DNA of 61,102 bases, filler included, from Sphacelaria rigidula (GCA_964200075.2; 6 parts of 6 records of this genome joined end to end with filler, not necessarily neighbours in it), one strand, 5' to 3'; positions 26,201 through 39,959 are shown, numbered from the whole stretch's first letter. A program made the numbers and translations. The notes: generated from the sequence alone by a model not told the origin.

Positions 26201-27407
26201 GTCGCGACACGCTTTCGCTTTGGGACATCACTGGGAACTGCCTTGTTTGTGGAAACGACCTGCTGGTGACGGAGCAGTACAGCCTACGGTAAGTTTTGCA
26301 CGCGCGCGTCTTTATGTAAAACGATCAAAGCTATACATAGTCAGTCCAGTGTAATTTTTCCACATCGTGTCCCACCCTTGTTCTCGTTGAATTTTGAGAC
26401 TTCCCTATAAACAGGGTGCGTTGTGATCGTGTGGGCTATGTGTGTGTTCTATGCTTTGTCGTCCCATCTATTCTGGTCGCCGGTCTACGCCTTCCGGTAT
26501 ACGTGGGCGCACCAGCCGGGGTCACACAGGGGGAAGGTCAGCACAGGGTTTTTTTCTGTCTTGTTTTGTTTTGGTACTCCATCTCCCTTCTGCGGTGCTT
26601 TCTTTTTTTTATCGCGAGAGAGGTTCAGCAGTCCGTCTTCCTCGTCGATCATCAAGTCGAATTTTTGTGTATCCACGACATGATCGCTCCCCACTGTTGG
26701 GCATGGTATGAGAAAAAATCCCAGATCGCCCCGAGATTCGAATCCACGGTCTAACTGTCAGAAGGTTTCGAGGTTACCAACTGAGCCACGGGACGACCGG
26801 CACTGGCTATGCGAATGATATTTCATCGATGTTTTTGGGCATCAGAGTCGGTTTTGCACGCATCTGTATGTAAAAAGATCAAGCTTACGTAACTCCAATA
26901 AAAAATAACGTGTCCCACCCTTCTTGAACCTTTGAACATCCGCACATGATCTGCCGTGCTGTTTCACGTCTCGGCTGTTAGTCGCGGCCTAGAAAAGGCT
27001 TGTCCTCTCTTTATCATTTGCAGGTGCGGTCATCCGTGCAATAGCTGGGTAAAGCAGTTCGGGATGGAATAGAAACCCGAACGGTGCGAAGCAGGCCTCC
27101 TGGACATGGCGCCCAGGGCGGCGCACCATACGCGGACCGATGATGGCGTAAAGCTCCACTGCCATACCCGTGTCGCCGACTGCCACGGGGAGTCGTGGTC
27201 GCGGGAGCTTGCGGGGTGTGCAAGCGCCAGACCGACCCCCTCGTCGACCTTAAGAGGATTAGGGAGGCCGAAGGGGACATGCTTCGCGAGGGGTGCTTCC
27301 GCGAGTCGCGAGCGTTCGAGCGGCGCAAGTTCCAGGACGCAGCGATCGAGGCGCGCATGCGCAATCCCTTCAACACGCCGGAGAAGAAAACGAAGCGGGC
27401 CAACTGA
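23218..27407 (+). pseudogene. Decayed multi-exon Cys/His-rich gene, probably transposon-derived; exon-like blocks ~23218-23516, 24843-25027, ~25290-25867, ~26020-26288, 27024-27407
   Basis: Canonical ag/gt(a/g)ag boundaries; zinc-finger-like motifs WVCRTC..H, WICKC..H..GVHH, CRG..WPFG..PW..C..CISC, GACGVC; in-frame stops and frameshifts. Confidence 0.6.
26435..26801 (-). mobile_element. Near full-length tRNA-derived SINE, family A (~370 bp)
   Basis: Head with A box TGGCTCAGTTGG and B box-like GGATTCGAATCTC; body homologous to 7328-7480 and 45445-45710; CA-rich tail. Confidence 0.8.
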
Positions 27408-27799
27408 TTTATTTGATTGTCCTGCTGCCTTTGCTTATTACGTTTTGGAGTCGGGACTGGGATAGCTAGGTAGATGGTACACACTTTCCAGGGCGCCAGT
27501 CTGCCTGCCTTTCGGCATCGTAGATGCTCTTCAGTCTGCCTGTCTTCCGGATTCTTATTCGGTGGGCATTTTGCAACGCGCGCAGAAGCGCTGGGGTGGG
27601 ATGGAAGGATTTTTGGGTCTGCTGTTGCTTTTGTGCCCGCCTGTAACCCGGCGGTACAGACGGAAAGTCTTTCTATAATTTTCTTTCGACCATCATCCTT
27701 TTTTTGTCTGTCAACTCCCACATACATGTGGCATCCGGTGACCCGAGCTCGTGTAATGTATCGCGACCTGGGGTGGTGTCAACTTCACGAACCATCTTT

Positions 27800-28580
27800 T
27801 TTACCCCTGACAAAGCTCACATATCTCCGTTTGTGCCCGAGAGATTCACCGCTTTCATATCGGAGTGAAAATACAAGTGTCAGCTTTTTAAAAATACAAC
27901 TCTTCGTCAGGCTCTCATACCACCGACCTGGTGAATGCAGGATTTGTCTCTGGTGACCTAAGCCCGTGTGTTGCATCGTGACCTGGAGTGGTGTCATCTC
28001 CACAAACCCTCTTTTCTCGCAATGCTCACATATCTCCGTTTGTGAACGAAAAATCCATCGCCTTCATATCCCGGTGAAACACAAGTGCCAACGTTTTTGA
28101 GGTTCAACTCTTTGTCAGGCTCTCATATCTTCTGGTGTATTCAGGATTTGTCCCTCTCCATGCCCCCTTCTCTCGCGCGTGCCCGTACCCCGCCAATGTT
28201 TATATAACAAAATCCACTCACAAGCACACCCTCGAAATACCTCGCGATTTATGCACCTATACCAGTGCACAAATTTTATATTGAGAGTTTTCTTCCGTGA
28301 ACAAAACAAATGTGGACAACGCTCACATATCTCGATTAGTGAGCAAAAGATTCACCGCCTCCATATCCCGGTAAAAACACAGGTGTCGACTTTTCTGAAA
28401 TTCAACTCTTCGTCAGGGTTTAATATCACCTGGTGAATTCAGGATTCGTCCCTCTCTTGCGCGTCCTCGTCCCTCGTCCCTCGTCCCCCGCCAATGTCCA
28501 TATCACAAAATCCACCAACAAACACACCCTCGAATTACCTCGCGATTGAAGCACCTCTACCAGTGCACAGCTTTTCCAAT
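27800..28580 (+). repeat. Three diverged tandem copies of a ~140-bp core (gctcacatatctc...ttcaactcttcgtcagg...ggtgaat.caggatt)
   Basis: Copies begin near 27814, 28024 and 28321; the last two share an additional ~100-bp extension. Confidence 0.8.
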
Positions 28581-30503
28581 TTTCTAATTGGTTGTTGTCT
28601 CAGGCCATTTCAGATCCGGCATTGGATTTCTGTGACAGAAAGCTGTCTCGTTTTTTTCAGAATATTCCAATTTCACAACGTGAAGTTGGTTTCTGCTGCG
28701 GGTAAAAATTCGACTAGGAGGTTTTTTGCGACTTCGTTTTTGCGTCGGGTTTCTGGCGTCCTGATTCTTGCGATATTTTTTTGCGTCGGGATTCTTGCGA
28801 TCGGATCCTTGCGATAGTTTTTCTGCTAGATTTTTCCAGTCTAAAACCCTTATCGATTTCATTTTTTGGGGGATAACATCGTCACACGGACACCAAACGC
28901 ATCCTGCTCCAAGGGGCACCTGGACACACAGCCATTGCTGCTGCCTACCTATTATCATCCTCCAAATCGAAGTCTTGAGCGATAAGCCCAGCGTTTGGTG
29001 CCCATGTACAAGGAAGGGTGATCTTCATCCAGTATCATGTTCCAAAACGTACCTGACAAGGGGGCAACACCCCCGTACAGACAGTAGCAATGCTAGCGGA
29101 TCCTACGTCCTGAAAGTGTGTGACAGTCTGGCAGCCGGCAAAGTGGTTGTGGTAGTGTCCTTCTAGCGATGTTAACTCACAGTGTAATGGAGCAGAGTTT
29201 GCAGGTGAATATTTCGGCGATTGCGCCTCACCTGCAGTTCGCCCAGATGTTGTGGGTCTTTTCTCGATATCACCGAGTAGCATTATTACACAGTATTGTT
29301 CCTCTTCACTATTATGGAAGCATTGTACTGAAATTGTAATTCATTATCCGCGGCGTCAATCGGAGACGGCCAAACTCCAAGGCCTAAAATATGGCGAGGC
29401 GAAAGGGGGCGGGCGTCCTTGGTCTCCACATCAGCACGGATACCAGCTTTCGCGCGTTTGACAGCCGGATGGCAAAGGATACGTATCACCACAAATGTAG
29501 AAAGCGCTTATTGCACGGTATGTATCCGCGCAATCGTAAGTTGACACTGTGTGTTCCTAGTGCCAGTACAATGAGTACTGTAGAACTAACTGTACGATGC
29601 GAGCTACGCCTTGACAGGGCTGGAATACCTGCGATCCACTGGTGGAAAAACAAAAATTGCAACTCGCGCTCTGTCCTATTCTGGAACCAAGTGAAAACTC
29701 TGCACGAGGGTGATCACGCGCCTGCCAGAGAAAGGTGAACATCTTCACGTGGGAGCACACTACGGAAGAATATCTGATTGATTCTGATAGAAGAAAACTA
29801 CAACAATTGCCCCTGTCATTCTCAGACCGTCGTGGTAACGCCCACGCTAGGTCTGGCACTGTGAGGGAGGAGACGTTACCCCCTGCCCGAGCAGGTCCGC
29901 AGTGGTCCTTGACAGAAGACACTCGTCTCCTTGGCTGCGCTGTGAGGCCGCGTCTTGCTCGGCACGGCGTATAAATCTCAGAGGCATGTGCCTCTAACAT
30001 ATGGAGAACCTTAAGTAGTGCGTATTTCCGGCCTTGGTGCCAGCCTCGACCAACGGGAGGGCGATGTAAACACCAAGGATGGCAAGATCTATCTACTCCT
30101 GTCTCCGCGCGGATTTCATATCGTTACCCTCTAGAACTGTCATCAGGAAGTGTTCTTGTTTTCGGAATCACTGTAGCATCGTGCATAATCATCCTTTCAA
30201 GCCACGCAGCGCACAAAACGCCTTGGGCCGCCGAAACTGCTGCGTCAACACCTACCTGTGATACAAACGGAATATAGTTGGCCATAGTGGTCGTCCATAT
30301 GCATGTCTCTACTGTACAAGTCGAGTACTAGAGCGAACAACAATAATAGCATTTCGATCATGCAAGTTACGATGTCTCGCTAGCTCATGCATGATATGAC
30401 TTACTTTTACTATAGGGTTACATATTTCACCATTCCATTTGTGCACAAAGTTCGATTTTACTATCATGCCGATCTTCTTGCATCTATCTGCTCGTTGCCT
30501 GAA

Positions 30504-30603
30504 NNNNNNNNNNNNNNNNNNNNNNNNNNNNNNNNNNNNNNNNNNNNTTAATTAATTAANNNNNNNNNNNNNNNNNNNNNNNNNNNNNNNNNNNNNNNNN
30601 NNN
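30504..30603. other. Artificial contig linker
   Basis: N run with central TTAATTAATTAA. Confidence 0.98.
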
Positions 30604-30662
30604 GGTATGCGAGGTCAATGGTCTTATGACTATGGCATGCATGATCATGAGTACACCCCTCC
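30604..30662 (+). repeat. Poly-C core motif, subtype 2 (atgcgaggtcaatggtcttatgactatggcatgcatgatcatgagtacacccc), at fragment start
   Basis: Reverse-complement match to 50823-50903. Confidence 0.85.
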
Positions 30663-32074
30663 ACCTCGATGTCCCCCGACACGTTCACTCATCACGAACA
30701 CATACTGTCAATGTCGCCTTCCAGCGCACGAACGTATTCGGCACCTCAAGGCCTAGTCTCAAGACAAACGCGGCACATAGCGGCAACATACGAATTGAAA
30801 AACAAATCACGTGTTTTCTTGAACAAATCGGGTCCAGAAAGAGGGTTCGTAGCGGGTTGGGGTTAGGCATTTCCAATCCTGGTGTACCCTTGGCACAGTG
30901 TTCCAGAAAGGCGTTACGTTGCCCTACATGCGCGATCCACACAAATCGGGCGAAAGTTCAGACTTCGCGGTTGCTATGAAAGCAGCATATGCGTGTGCTG
31001 CGCCAAGTTCCTCAGAGCTTCTTGGTGTGTAATAATATGTCCGACATTGTGTTATCGCGGTTTCTGATGTGTTCCCCGCTTCTTGGTGTGAGACAGCAAC
31101 AACCCAAGGAAGGCCAGGGTCTACGCCATGAATTCAACACTTGGATCGAGAAACAGACGACGTGCATTTATTTTTCGTCTCGTCTCTGACCCCTCCCCCT
31201 CCTCGGGACGATTTCGTGATCCGAGGGGTCGACCCGTCCCTTCCTGGGTAGCCAAATAGAGGACGCGCGAAAAACCACACATACAGCCCACACGGTGGTG
31301 TAAAACCTCTAGATCCTACGTAGGTACAGTAGTTGCAGCGAATGCTAGATTGGTTGATTTCATTAGTTTGATTGTATATCTTTCGCTCACATGATACATA
31401 ACGAATGGGATATATATATATATATATATATGTATAGTGACAAAGGGACTTCAGAACCTTGCATCCGTCAACTTTAACGAATGCTCCACACTATGGCAGT
31501 GTTGCTACTTTCTCCTCAGCATCCCTGGGAGGGTTGTGCGTTTTGATGATGAAAATGTTGTATCGAAATTTCAGCGTCCACCGCTTCGGACTACCCACCG
31601 CCCAGAACCCGAGTCAGGATGCCATCATGACCGCAGAGCCAGAGTGCACCGCAGAGTTTTGACATACACTATTTTGTTGTGCAGTTTGTTCGGGTTTACC
31701 CATTCCAGTATTTCACTCGAAATCAGTGCCAACCGTCACATCCTAGCTACTTTTGTTTCAGCAATGCCGTAGTAACACAATCCCTTCCTTCCTGTGCGCT
31801 GTGCGTTGCTACACATGAATGAGGAAGTAGGTACGAGTGCATACAGTATGACTGCCCGGAGGCAAGCGAAGGTAGACATCTGTAATAGCGAAATCAGAAC
31901 TATTTTATACCGGTTGCTATTGCAAGGTGTACTTCACATCTTGCATAAAAACTACAGCGTCCCCCACAAAGTTAGTGCGTGCACTAAAATAGAAGTACGG
32001 GCGACTACATTTGGGCACCGGTCTATTCCCAATGCATTTGGGCTTGTGTCGTACAGCAAGGTAGGACATTGACC

Positions 32075-35000
32075 CTTTGAGCGGGGGGCTTCATTTGAAT
32101 ACAACGTTCCAGCCGTATGTCCCGTGGGATATGTCCAGCCATGTGTTACAGATATGAACACCATGCAGTACAGACAGTGCGGTGCTGTTTTGGCTGCATA
32201 TGGTGTGAACGATAGTTTGCACTGAGTGGTACAGCAGTCTGCTGATGATGAATGCTTGCACCTCGGTGTATGCGGCCGCGCAGAGTAGATGATGAGTGAT
32301 GTTGATCCCACCACTGCAGGCCAAACGCCATTGCTTGGCTGCGTTTTACTCGGGCGATGCGTTGTGGAACGAATCGTCAATAGTGGACCACTGAGGGTCG
32401 CTTATCGAGGAGGCACGACAAAAAAACGCGCGACGTTCTCCGCCATCGCTTTCATCTGCTCCGAGTGCATTAGAGACTGTCCGGCCGCACTACCATCAGC
32501 CTGGGGGAGTTGGTTGAATGTGATGCTCGACGTACGCTGCGAATCTGGGTTCGATTCCTGCCCCACCGCCGGGAGTGTGAGAACCCCGTGTTCAGATAGC
32601 AAGTAGACTCTCATTGTTTCATCATATTTGCTGTAGTGTACTGCCAAATCGCCCTGGACAACAGTCCCTTGGACAAAAATCCGGCGTTCCAAATCCCCGA
32701 CTCGCGTAACATGGCGTTTTCAATACAGACAGAGCCGCTGTTGTTCACACGTATTTGAGGTGTCCATCTAGGGTACATCTGAGGGCTCTGGCAGCAAATC
32801 GTTAGAGCGAAACATGGCAGTTGTTCTTATCCAGCAAGTGAGATAAAGGTCACGATTCAGCGATCGGATCACCCCCTCTCACGCCCGCCAAAAAAATGGA
32901 CATACACAATCGGAGCTGGCCTGTACTTGGTGAAGCCCCTTTTACTACCCTCGGAAACCAGTCACTCATTTTATGACACTGGACCCCTCGACCCATGAAC
33001 TACGTGAACTACATGTGTGGTGTTCCCCCATGCTTTCCTGAGCTGTATATGTACGCTGTGCACACCGGAAGAACACGTCATCGCTCGCAACTGCGGTCGC
33101 TCGCAACTGCGGCAGTCACACACGATTCTCCAGTTCGCTCCAAACCACGACAACGCCCAAGGCGGCCGCAAGTGGCGGGACCGTCAGGCCGAGAGACTGA
33201 AACCAATAACTTCATCGATCGACGGGGACAGGCTGTGATTGGAAGGTCACACTATAGCGTGTTGTGGACGGTGTCACTTGCCTGAGTGAAATGCAGTGAT
33301 GGTTGCGTGTGCTGAAGGTACAGAGACCAAGGGTGTTTTCCGAAAAACGATGCAGCCCATGAAATGAAAATATATTCGACGGCATTCATTGCCTCGTGTG
33401 GTGTTAAGCGACATCGGCCACTTTCCACAAGATACTGACGGTGCCACATAGTTCTGCACTGTACCTGTCAGCGGAGAACACACTGCACACGGTCCCGTGA
33501 TGAAAAATGACGGGGTATATCACCCCCTTTATCGGTGATGGGCTTTCTACCCTCGTTTTTCTCGAGGAGGCAGGCCTCACACTACTCTACGGACCTGTAT
33601 CACTGAATGAGGCAAGAATTAGATCGAAAAAATCTCTTCAATTTCCAGTGTTTCCTCGGCCTGGTCGCAGATTTCGAGTCGACAAAAGACGGGCAATTTA
33701 CCTCTGTATGCTCGTTATATGTCCCCCGTCCACCACCCGCTGGACTATACCACACGAGGACAAAATTCAATCGGCCTCACCTCCGTAGCGAGTCTCGATG
33801 AAATGGTGATGTGGATCTTCCTAGCTCCACAACAGGCGCTACGCTAGTATCGGATTTATCTCTCCTGTAGCCTTCACCCGATGGCCTGAGCTACTGCCTA
33901 GTCGTGCCTAGGCTGATTGTTTTCCAGCTCCAATCGCACAGGGTAACCTCTGCATCTGATCAAAAACGCATTGAATTAAATTACGTGTGTAGTCAATCAT
34001 TTTCTTGATTACTAACAGCGAAAAAATCCAACAGAGAAACAACTCTCAATACTGGCGAGTCGAGCCAAGACTAGAAGGTTAGAAAATCGGAGGCTACAGG
34101 GGGGAGGATCCGATACTAGCTTGGCATCTTTTGTGGAGCAAGGGAGAATCACCCCCCCTTTCATCTGGGCTTGCTACAGAGGTGAGGCCGATTGAAGCTT
34201 CTCCCTCTGTGCTTATCTAGCGGGCTCTGGGGGACGTAATCACGTGCATGGGGTGAATGGCTCGGTATTTGTTGCCTAAGAACCTCCGATGGCCAGGTCG
34301 TGGAAACACCGGGCATTGAAGAGATTGCGTTGACCTTATCCAATCACGCTGGGCAGCAGAGTAATGTAGGGCCTGCCTTCTTGAGAAAACCCGAGGCAAC
34401 AAGCCCATCACCCGTGAAAGGGGTCTTAAATCCCGTCATTCGTTATCACGAGACCATGTGCTCTTGTGTTCCACACAGGCAGGTACAGAACAAAATGGGG
34501 CAGCACCGTCTGTTGCGAAGAGTGATCGATATCGCTTTATGTAACACGAGACAACGACTTCGCTCGAATACACATCAGTTTCATGGGCTGTACCGTTTTT
34601 CAGAAAACGCCCCTGTTGCATTCCTACAATACACGCAACCTTGACCGTACTTCACACCGGCATGTGGCACAGTCCACAACACGCTATAGTGTGAAGCTGT
34701 CCAACCACAGCTTGTCCGCGTCGATCGATAGAGTTCTTGGGTCCAGCCTCTCGGTCTGACGGCCTCGCCAGTGCCGGCCGCCTTGGCCGTTGTCGCGGCT
34801 CGGAGCGAACGGAAGAGTCGTGTGTAATTGCTGCAGCTGCGTGCTGTGACTTGTTCTTTTGGTACGTACACACAACGGGTACACCACAGCAAGGCACCGT
34901 CACCGGGAAACACCACACATGGTTCATGTAGTTCCTGGGTCCAGTGGCCCAGTGAAATGAATTGAGCAACCGGTTTTCCGAAGGTAGTGCAAGGGTTTCA

Positions 35001-35880
35001 CCAGGTACAGGCCAGCTCCAATTTTGCGTTTCCGTTTTTTCGGTGGCCGGAATAAGGGGTGATCCGATCGCTGGATTCTGACTTTTCACTCGCGCGGTCG
35101 ATCGGAATAAGTTTGACATGATGTATTTTAACTTTTGCTGCCAGAGCCCTCAGATCAACCCCAGATGGACACCTGAACCATATATATGTAACGGGCCTTT
35201 CCTATTATGAAAATGCCATGTTACGCGAGCGAGAGATTCGGGATGCCGGATTTCTGCGGAAGAAAGTGCTGTTGGAAGTAAGTGAGCGATATCGAATTAC
35301 ACTCAAGCTAAGATGATAACACAGTAACAGTCTACGTGCTCTCTGAATACGGCATTCTCACAATCCCGGCGGTTGGGCAGGAATCGAACATATCCGTACC
35401 GCACGTCCAGCATTGCCTTTGCCCAACTCCCCCTGACGGATGGCAGTGCAGCCGCGGCCTTGTCTTGGAGTGCGTGATGACAGTCCCAACTGAAACTTCG
35501 GGTAGATAAAGAGCGGTGACGGATAACACCGCGCGGTTTCTTGTCCTGCCTTCTCCATGAGCAACCCTCAGAGGTCCACCGTCGACGCTCCGTCCCACAA
35601 TGCATCGCCGGAGTTGAACACAGACAAGCAATACCGTATGTCCACCGTATGACCAGCGGTTGTTAAATTCACATGACGCATCACCGCCGCATGCACCACA
35701 GTGCACACCTATCGTCGACAGACAGCTGTACCACTGCGTGCAAACTGCCATTTACATCAAATGTAGGCAACACAGCACTGTCTGTACTGCACGGTGTTCA
35801 TACATGCAATACATGGCTGTACATATCCCACGGGGCACACGGCTAGAATATTGTACCCAAACGAAGGCCGCCACCCCGAA
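32075..35880. repeat. Giant degenerate palindrome: ~1.8-kb arms (~32075-33875 and ~34090-35880), ~210-bp spacer
   Basis: Colinear reverse-complement blocks, e.g. 32110-32180 vs 35770-35845, 32540-32610 vs 35330-35400, 33250-33275 vs 34665-34692, 33770-33790 vs 34172-34195, 33843-33872 vs 34091-34120. Confidence 0.85.
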
Positions 35881-35907
35881 CGGTTAATGATCTACCCTGC
35901 TGTAAAT

Positions 35908-37397
35908 CACACAACGTCGGACGGATCACTTTCTATAGGACGCAGGTCATACAGCTTAAGTGTGAACACACCGGTGTACCCGATTCGGGTAATACAGAGC
36001 AACTAGTCATGAGACGGTCCTCGTGATCCGGATATCATTGATCAGGAGGGAGGTATCTTGTGTGGGTTATAAGCATACGCAAGTTCTTCTTGACGTTGCG
36101 TGTACACCTAGTTCGGATTATATAGGTGTGCCCAAGGAAATAATGTAAGGTAACTCGGGTCATACAGATCATAATCAGACACATCGTGCATGGATCACAC
36201 AGATCATACAGATCATCATCAGACGAATATGTATGAATCGCACGGGCATTACAGGTCAGGTGAGGAATTCTGAATACTGATTATTGTCTGCTTCATCCCA
36301 CACGTCGGACGGATCAGGTCGTGACATGTCCGGGTCAGGTCATTTGGGGCATTGATCATGATCCGTCCGAGGTGAGCTGTCACCCGTACACGTTTGCCCA
36401 ATGCTGATCCGTACGACCCGCTTGACCCGTACATGTTTGCCAAGGGACAAGCTGTACGACCCGCTTCACACACGCACTTTCGTATACAACTGATCTGCAG
36501 ACCCGTGTCATCTGTACATCACAAAGATGTCAATTTTATCACTTGGGTCAGGCAAGCGCAGTAGCTTGTCGTCGACCCGTGCGATTTGAATCTCATGTAC
36601 ACCAAAAGCTACCCCTTACCTGTGGAAGCCGAATCTATAATAGTACAGTATACAACAAACCCTTTCAAGCACCCGTGAGATCCGGATCAAGTTTGCAAGA
36701 AATCAGTATTCAGCTCCCTCACCTGTTAACCTGTATGGCCCGGGTACAATGCATGTTCACAAGCCCGGACGTCGGTTGTGGCAACCCGGGCATATGAAAC
36801 ATGAAGTACGTATATTCTATTCCGAGTGGTTCCACGATGGGGGTGCTATTTTTTCCAAAGATGTGCACTATCGGCGCATCCGAATGAATTCTACAATAAA
36901 CAGTATGGCCCGGTTACAATGCATGTTCACAAGTCCGGATGTTGGTTGTAGCAAGCTGGGCATATGGAACATGAAGTACATATTTTCTAATCCGAGTGGT
37001 TCCACGCTAGGGCTGCATATTTTCTATGAAGATGTGCACTGTCGGCGCAATGGATGAAGTATACAATAAACAGTTTTCAGCATTCCTCACCTGACCTGTA
37101 CTACCCGTGCAATTCGTACATATATGTCTGATGATCTGTATTACCCAAGTATCTCTACATAACCTCCTTGAGCACACCTGTGTGATCCGAATCAGGTGTA
37201 CACGAAACGTGAAGAAGAACCTGTTTATGCTCATAACCCGTTCAAGATACCTCCCTCCTGATCGATGATATCCGGATCACGAGGACCGCTCCATAACTAC
37301 TTTCACTGTGTGCATCACCCGAATCGAGAACACAGGTGTGTTTACACTTGAGCTGTATGACCTGCGTCCTATAGAAAGTGATCCGTCCGACGTGTGG
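35908..37397. mobile_element. Fold-back/long-TIR non-autonomous element (~1.5 kb) with ~330-370-bp TIRs and an internal ~170-bp tandem duplication
   Basis: acgtcggacggatcactttctataggacgcaggtcatacagct... versus ...agctgtatgacctgcgtcctatagaaagtgatccgtccgacgt; duplication at 36733-36900/36903-37070. Confidence 0.8.
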
Positions 37398-38364
37398 AGG
37401 GATAATGTCACTTCGACACTCCAAAAACAGAAGTAGCTGGCACGTGACAGTTTGTCATCGAATCCGAGTGAAGTACTGGACGGGTAAACCCGAATAAACT
37501 GCACATAAAATGAGAGTGCCTGTCATATCCGTACATTATGCTTTGGCTCTGTGGTCGTGATTGCATCTTGACTCGGCATCTGTGCGGTTCTTAGGAAATG
37601 TCCAACTTCCTCTAGCTGGCTGTACTGTGCTGTCGGTGCTGTAGAGTATTCACCATCGCCATTATCCATGCTGTCTAGGAGACCCCTATCCCCCACAAAA
37701 GGCAACTGGGGTACCCGCTCTCCAGGCCTCGCCCAAAATGAAACGAGCGTGTCCAAGGTATTGGCTTTTGGCCTGCAGTTGCTGCAGCCTTTCATTGTAC
37801 AGTACATACTGTCGTCATTATCCGTGGTATATGAAGGAACCCCACCTGAACACAGGCATGCGGCAACCATGCCTTGTCCAGAGTGAGCTTTCTCTAGAAT
37901 CGGGATAGTGGCGCCTGGCCTGTCGCTGGCAAGGCCCGTTTCTCTGCTTTCGAAATATCGGCCGCAATCGCCCGCTCGTTCATGATACGGTACCGCTGCT
38001 CTCAGAAACTCCAGGAACAACGCGTGGTGTTATTTCGTAAGACTATGCTTTGATATGCTGTAGCTGCAAGCGGTACAGTTATTCTGTCCCATAAGTAGAG
38101 TCAGGTATGTGAATACAACCTCTGTCCCATGAGTCTGGTCGGTTATGTTTGTACAAGCCCTTACCCGTGTCCGATCTGATTTTCGATGTTTTCCCCCGAC
38201 TTCTCGGCTATTTCTCAATTTGGAAGCATAGCGTTTATTTTCGCAGCTCGCTGTTGAACTATGCGGCGCAACAGCCGCAAAAAAATCAGTCGGCCCCAAA
38301 ATGACCCTGTTTCTTCCCTTTCTCAGGGGAAAAAAAAGTGCCAGAAAAAAATAACTGGTCGGCC

Positions 38365-38580
38365 GAGGAAATTCCTGGTCGCCTCGTCCACCTGATCGCA
38401 GATCACGTCGATTCGGTGAAGCTTCTGAGCAGAGGCAAGGGAAGGTTTGATGCGGCGAGCCACCTTTGCCGCTCCTTGTTTTTTGAACCACCGCCGCATG
38501 GTCTCTCTACCATAATCCAGCTCGATGTCTTTCAGCTGATCGGACACCTGCCGGAGCGTTATCCCTTTTGGAAACCCCCC
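38365..38580 (-). mobile_element. Tc1/mariner-superfamily transposase fragment (second HTH plus linker)
   Basis: ITLRQVSDQL...RETMRRWFKKQGA.KVARRIKPSLASAQKLHRIDVI resembles the TLR.LA..L....T..R.L...G......KP.LT...K..R..F pattern. Confidence 0.7.
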
Positions 38581-39959
38581 CTCCTGTCCCCTCGCCAAAC
38601 GCCTTATTATGAGAAGCCCTGAAGAAGAGGAAAACATGGAAACAGAATAGGCCGACGGCAACCATTTTTATAATGGATGACCGGAGAAGAATGTCCTCCC
38701 TGGACAATTTGGGTAAGGTTTGTCCAATCATCCCACGCAACGGGTGAGGTGTGTCCAATTGTATCCATCGACAATAATCAGCAAAACCACTACGAAACAT
38801 TCCATTAAAAAAGCAGCAATGGGGTCCAGGGTCCAATCAGGCGCGTTTGTATATTATCATTTGTAGATAACCTAAGCATCCTGAACAACAGAATACACTG
38901 TCAAAACGTTCACTGTGTACAGTATTGACTATTGCGCCTATTGATGCAGACAATAAATTCCATACTGTACGGGCTGCAGCATCGGGTGGCGAGTTTACCA
39001 AGCCACACCGCACTTACAGCATACTATGGCTGAACCCAGCGAAATATCGTCACCAAATGTGAAGGGCACAGTGGGTTGTGCGGGCGTTACATGGCGGGCG
39101 TAATCGCAGGCATCCGCACAGTCGATATCATGCATACGGGAGGGAGCCAACGGGCACCGCCTACCGTAATCAGGCCAGATGAAAAACACTACAGTCAGTA
39201 AATACAGTAGTTTACAGTATTGCCTTACGGCTACACTCCGTGCAAGAAAAATACAAGCATGTGAAAAGTCAGCCACGAGAGTAGACGGCACGAGACGATG
39301 GCGGTAGCCGGCGTCATGAATCTCATGCAGCATGAAGTATGTCGGTGCAACGGTCGGGAACGATCAACCCGCGGTATAGATGTGGTGCGACAACTGTGCC
39401 TTTCGCTACGCCGTTGTGTAATAGTCAACCCGCAGTATGATACTGTCGGCACGTGCTTGCCTCGCGTTTTACAGCGATTTTTCAAAGTACGATATATTTT
39501 CAAAATATTATACAGACATAATACGAAGCAGCAAGGCATCACACCTGGGGCGACGGCACTTGGCAGACTCTACACCACAGTGACGGTGCATAACTGCAGG
39601 GCACATGGCGTCTGCGTCGCCTTTACGCATTTTTTCAAACGGCAGGATGGTGCTGTTGGAACGTGCATGTTGTGCATGACGTGAGTCTGCAGTCGAGGTT
39701 ACCCCAAACTGCTGTAAACACACTCAGTACTATACAGGGCAGTATCGCAGCACCCCCGGCGGTATGTAAAGGTGACTGCCTGGGATTGTATTACACTGCC
39801 AGTTCATAAATATGGGGAATGTGTCATCGGCGTTGCCCTTGTTGCTATGACGCTGCGAAGAGTATAAACTGCAGTGCGAAGGGCGTGCAGGTCAGGCGGG
39901 GAGCATGCTTCACAGAGGCTTGCCGCGCACTGTGGAAAGAGCTCGTAAGTGTAGAATAA

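Noticed and set aside
29850-29900. Tyrosine-recombinase-like HSAR motif on the minus strand
   Set aside because: Only four residues, with no supporting frame or other catalytic motifs
37523-38020. Cys-containing 165-aa ORF
   Set aside because: No recognisable family or splice support; it lies among TE relics
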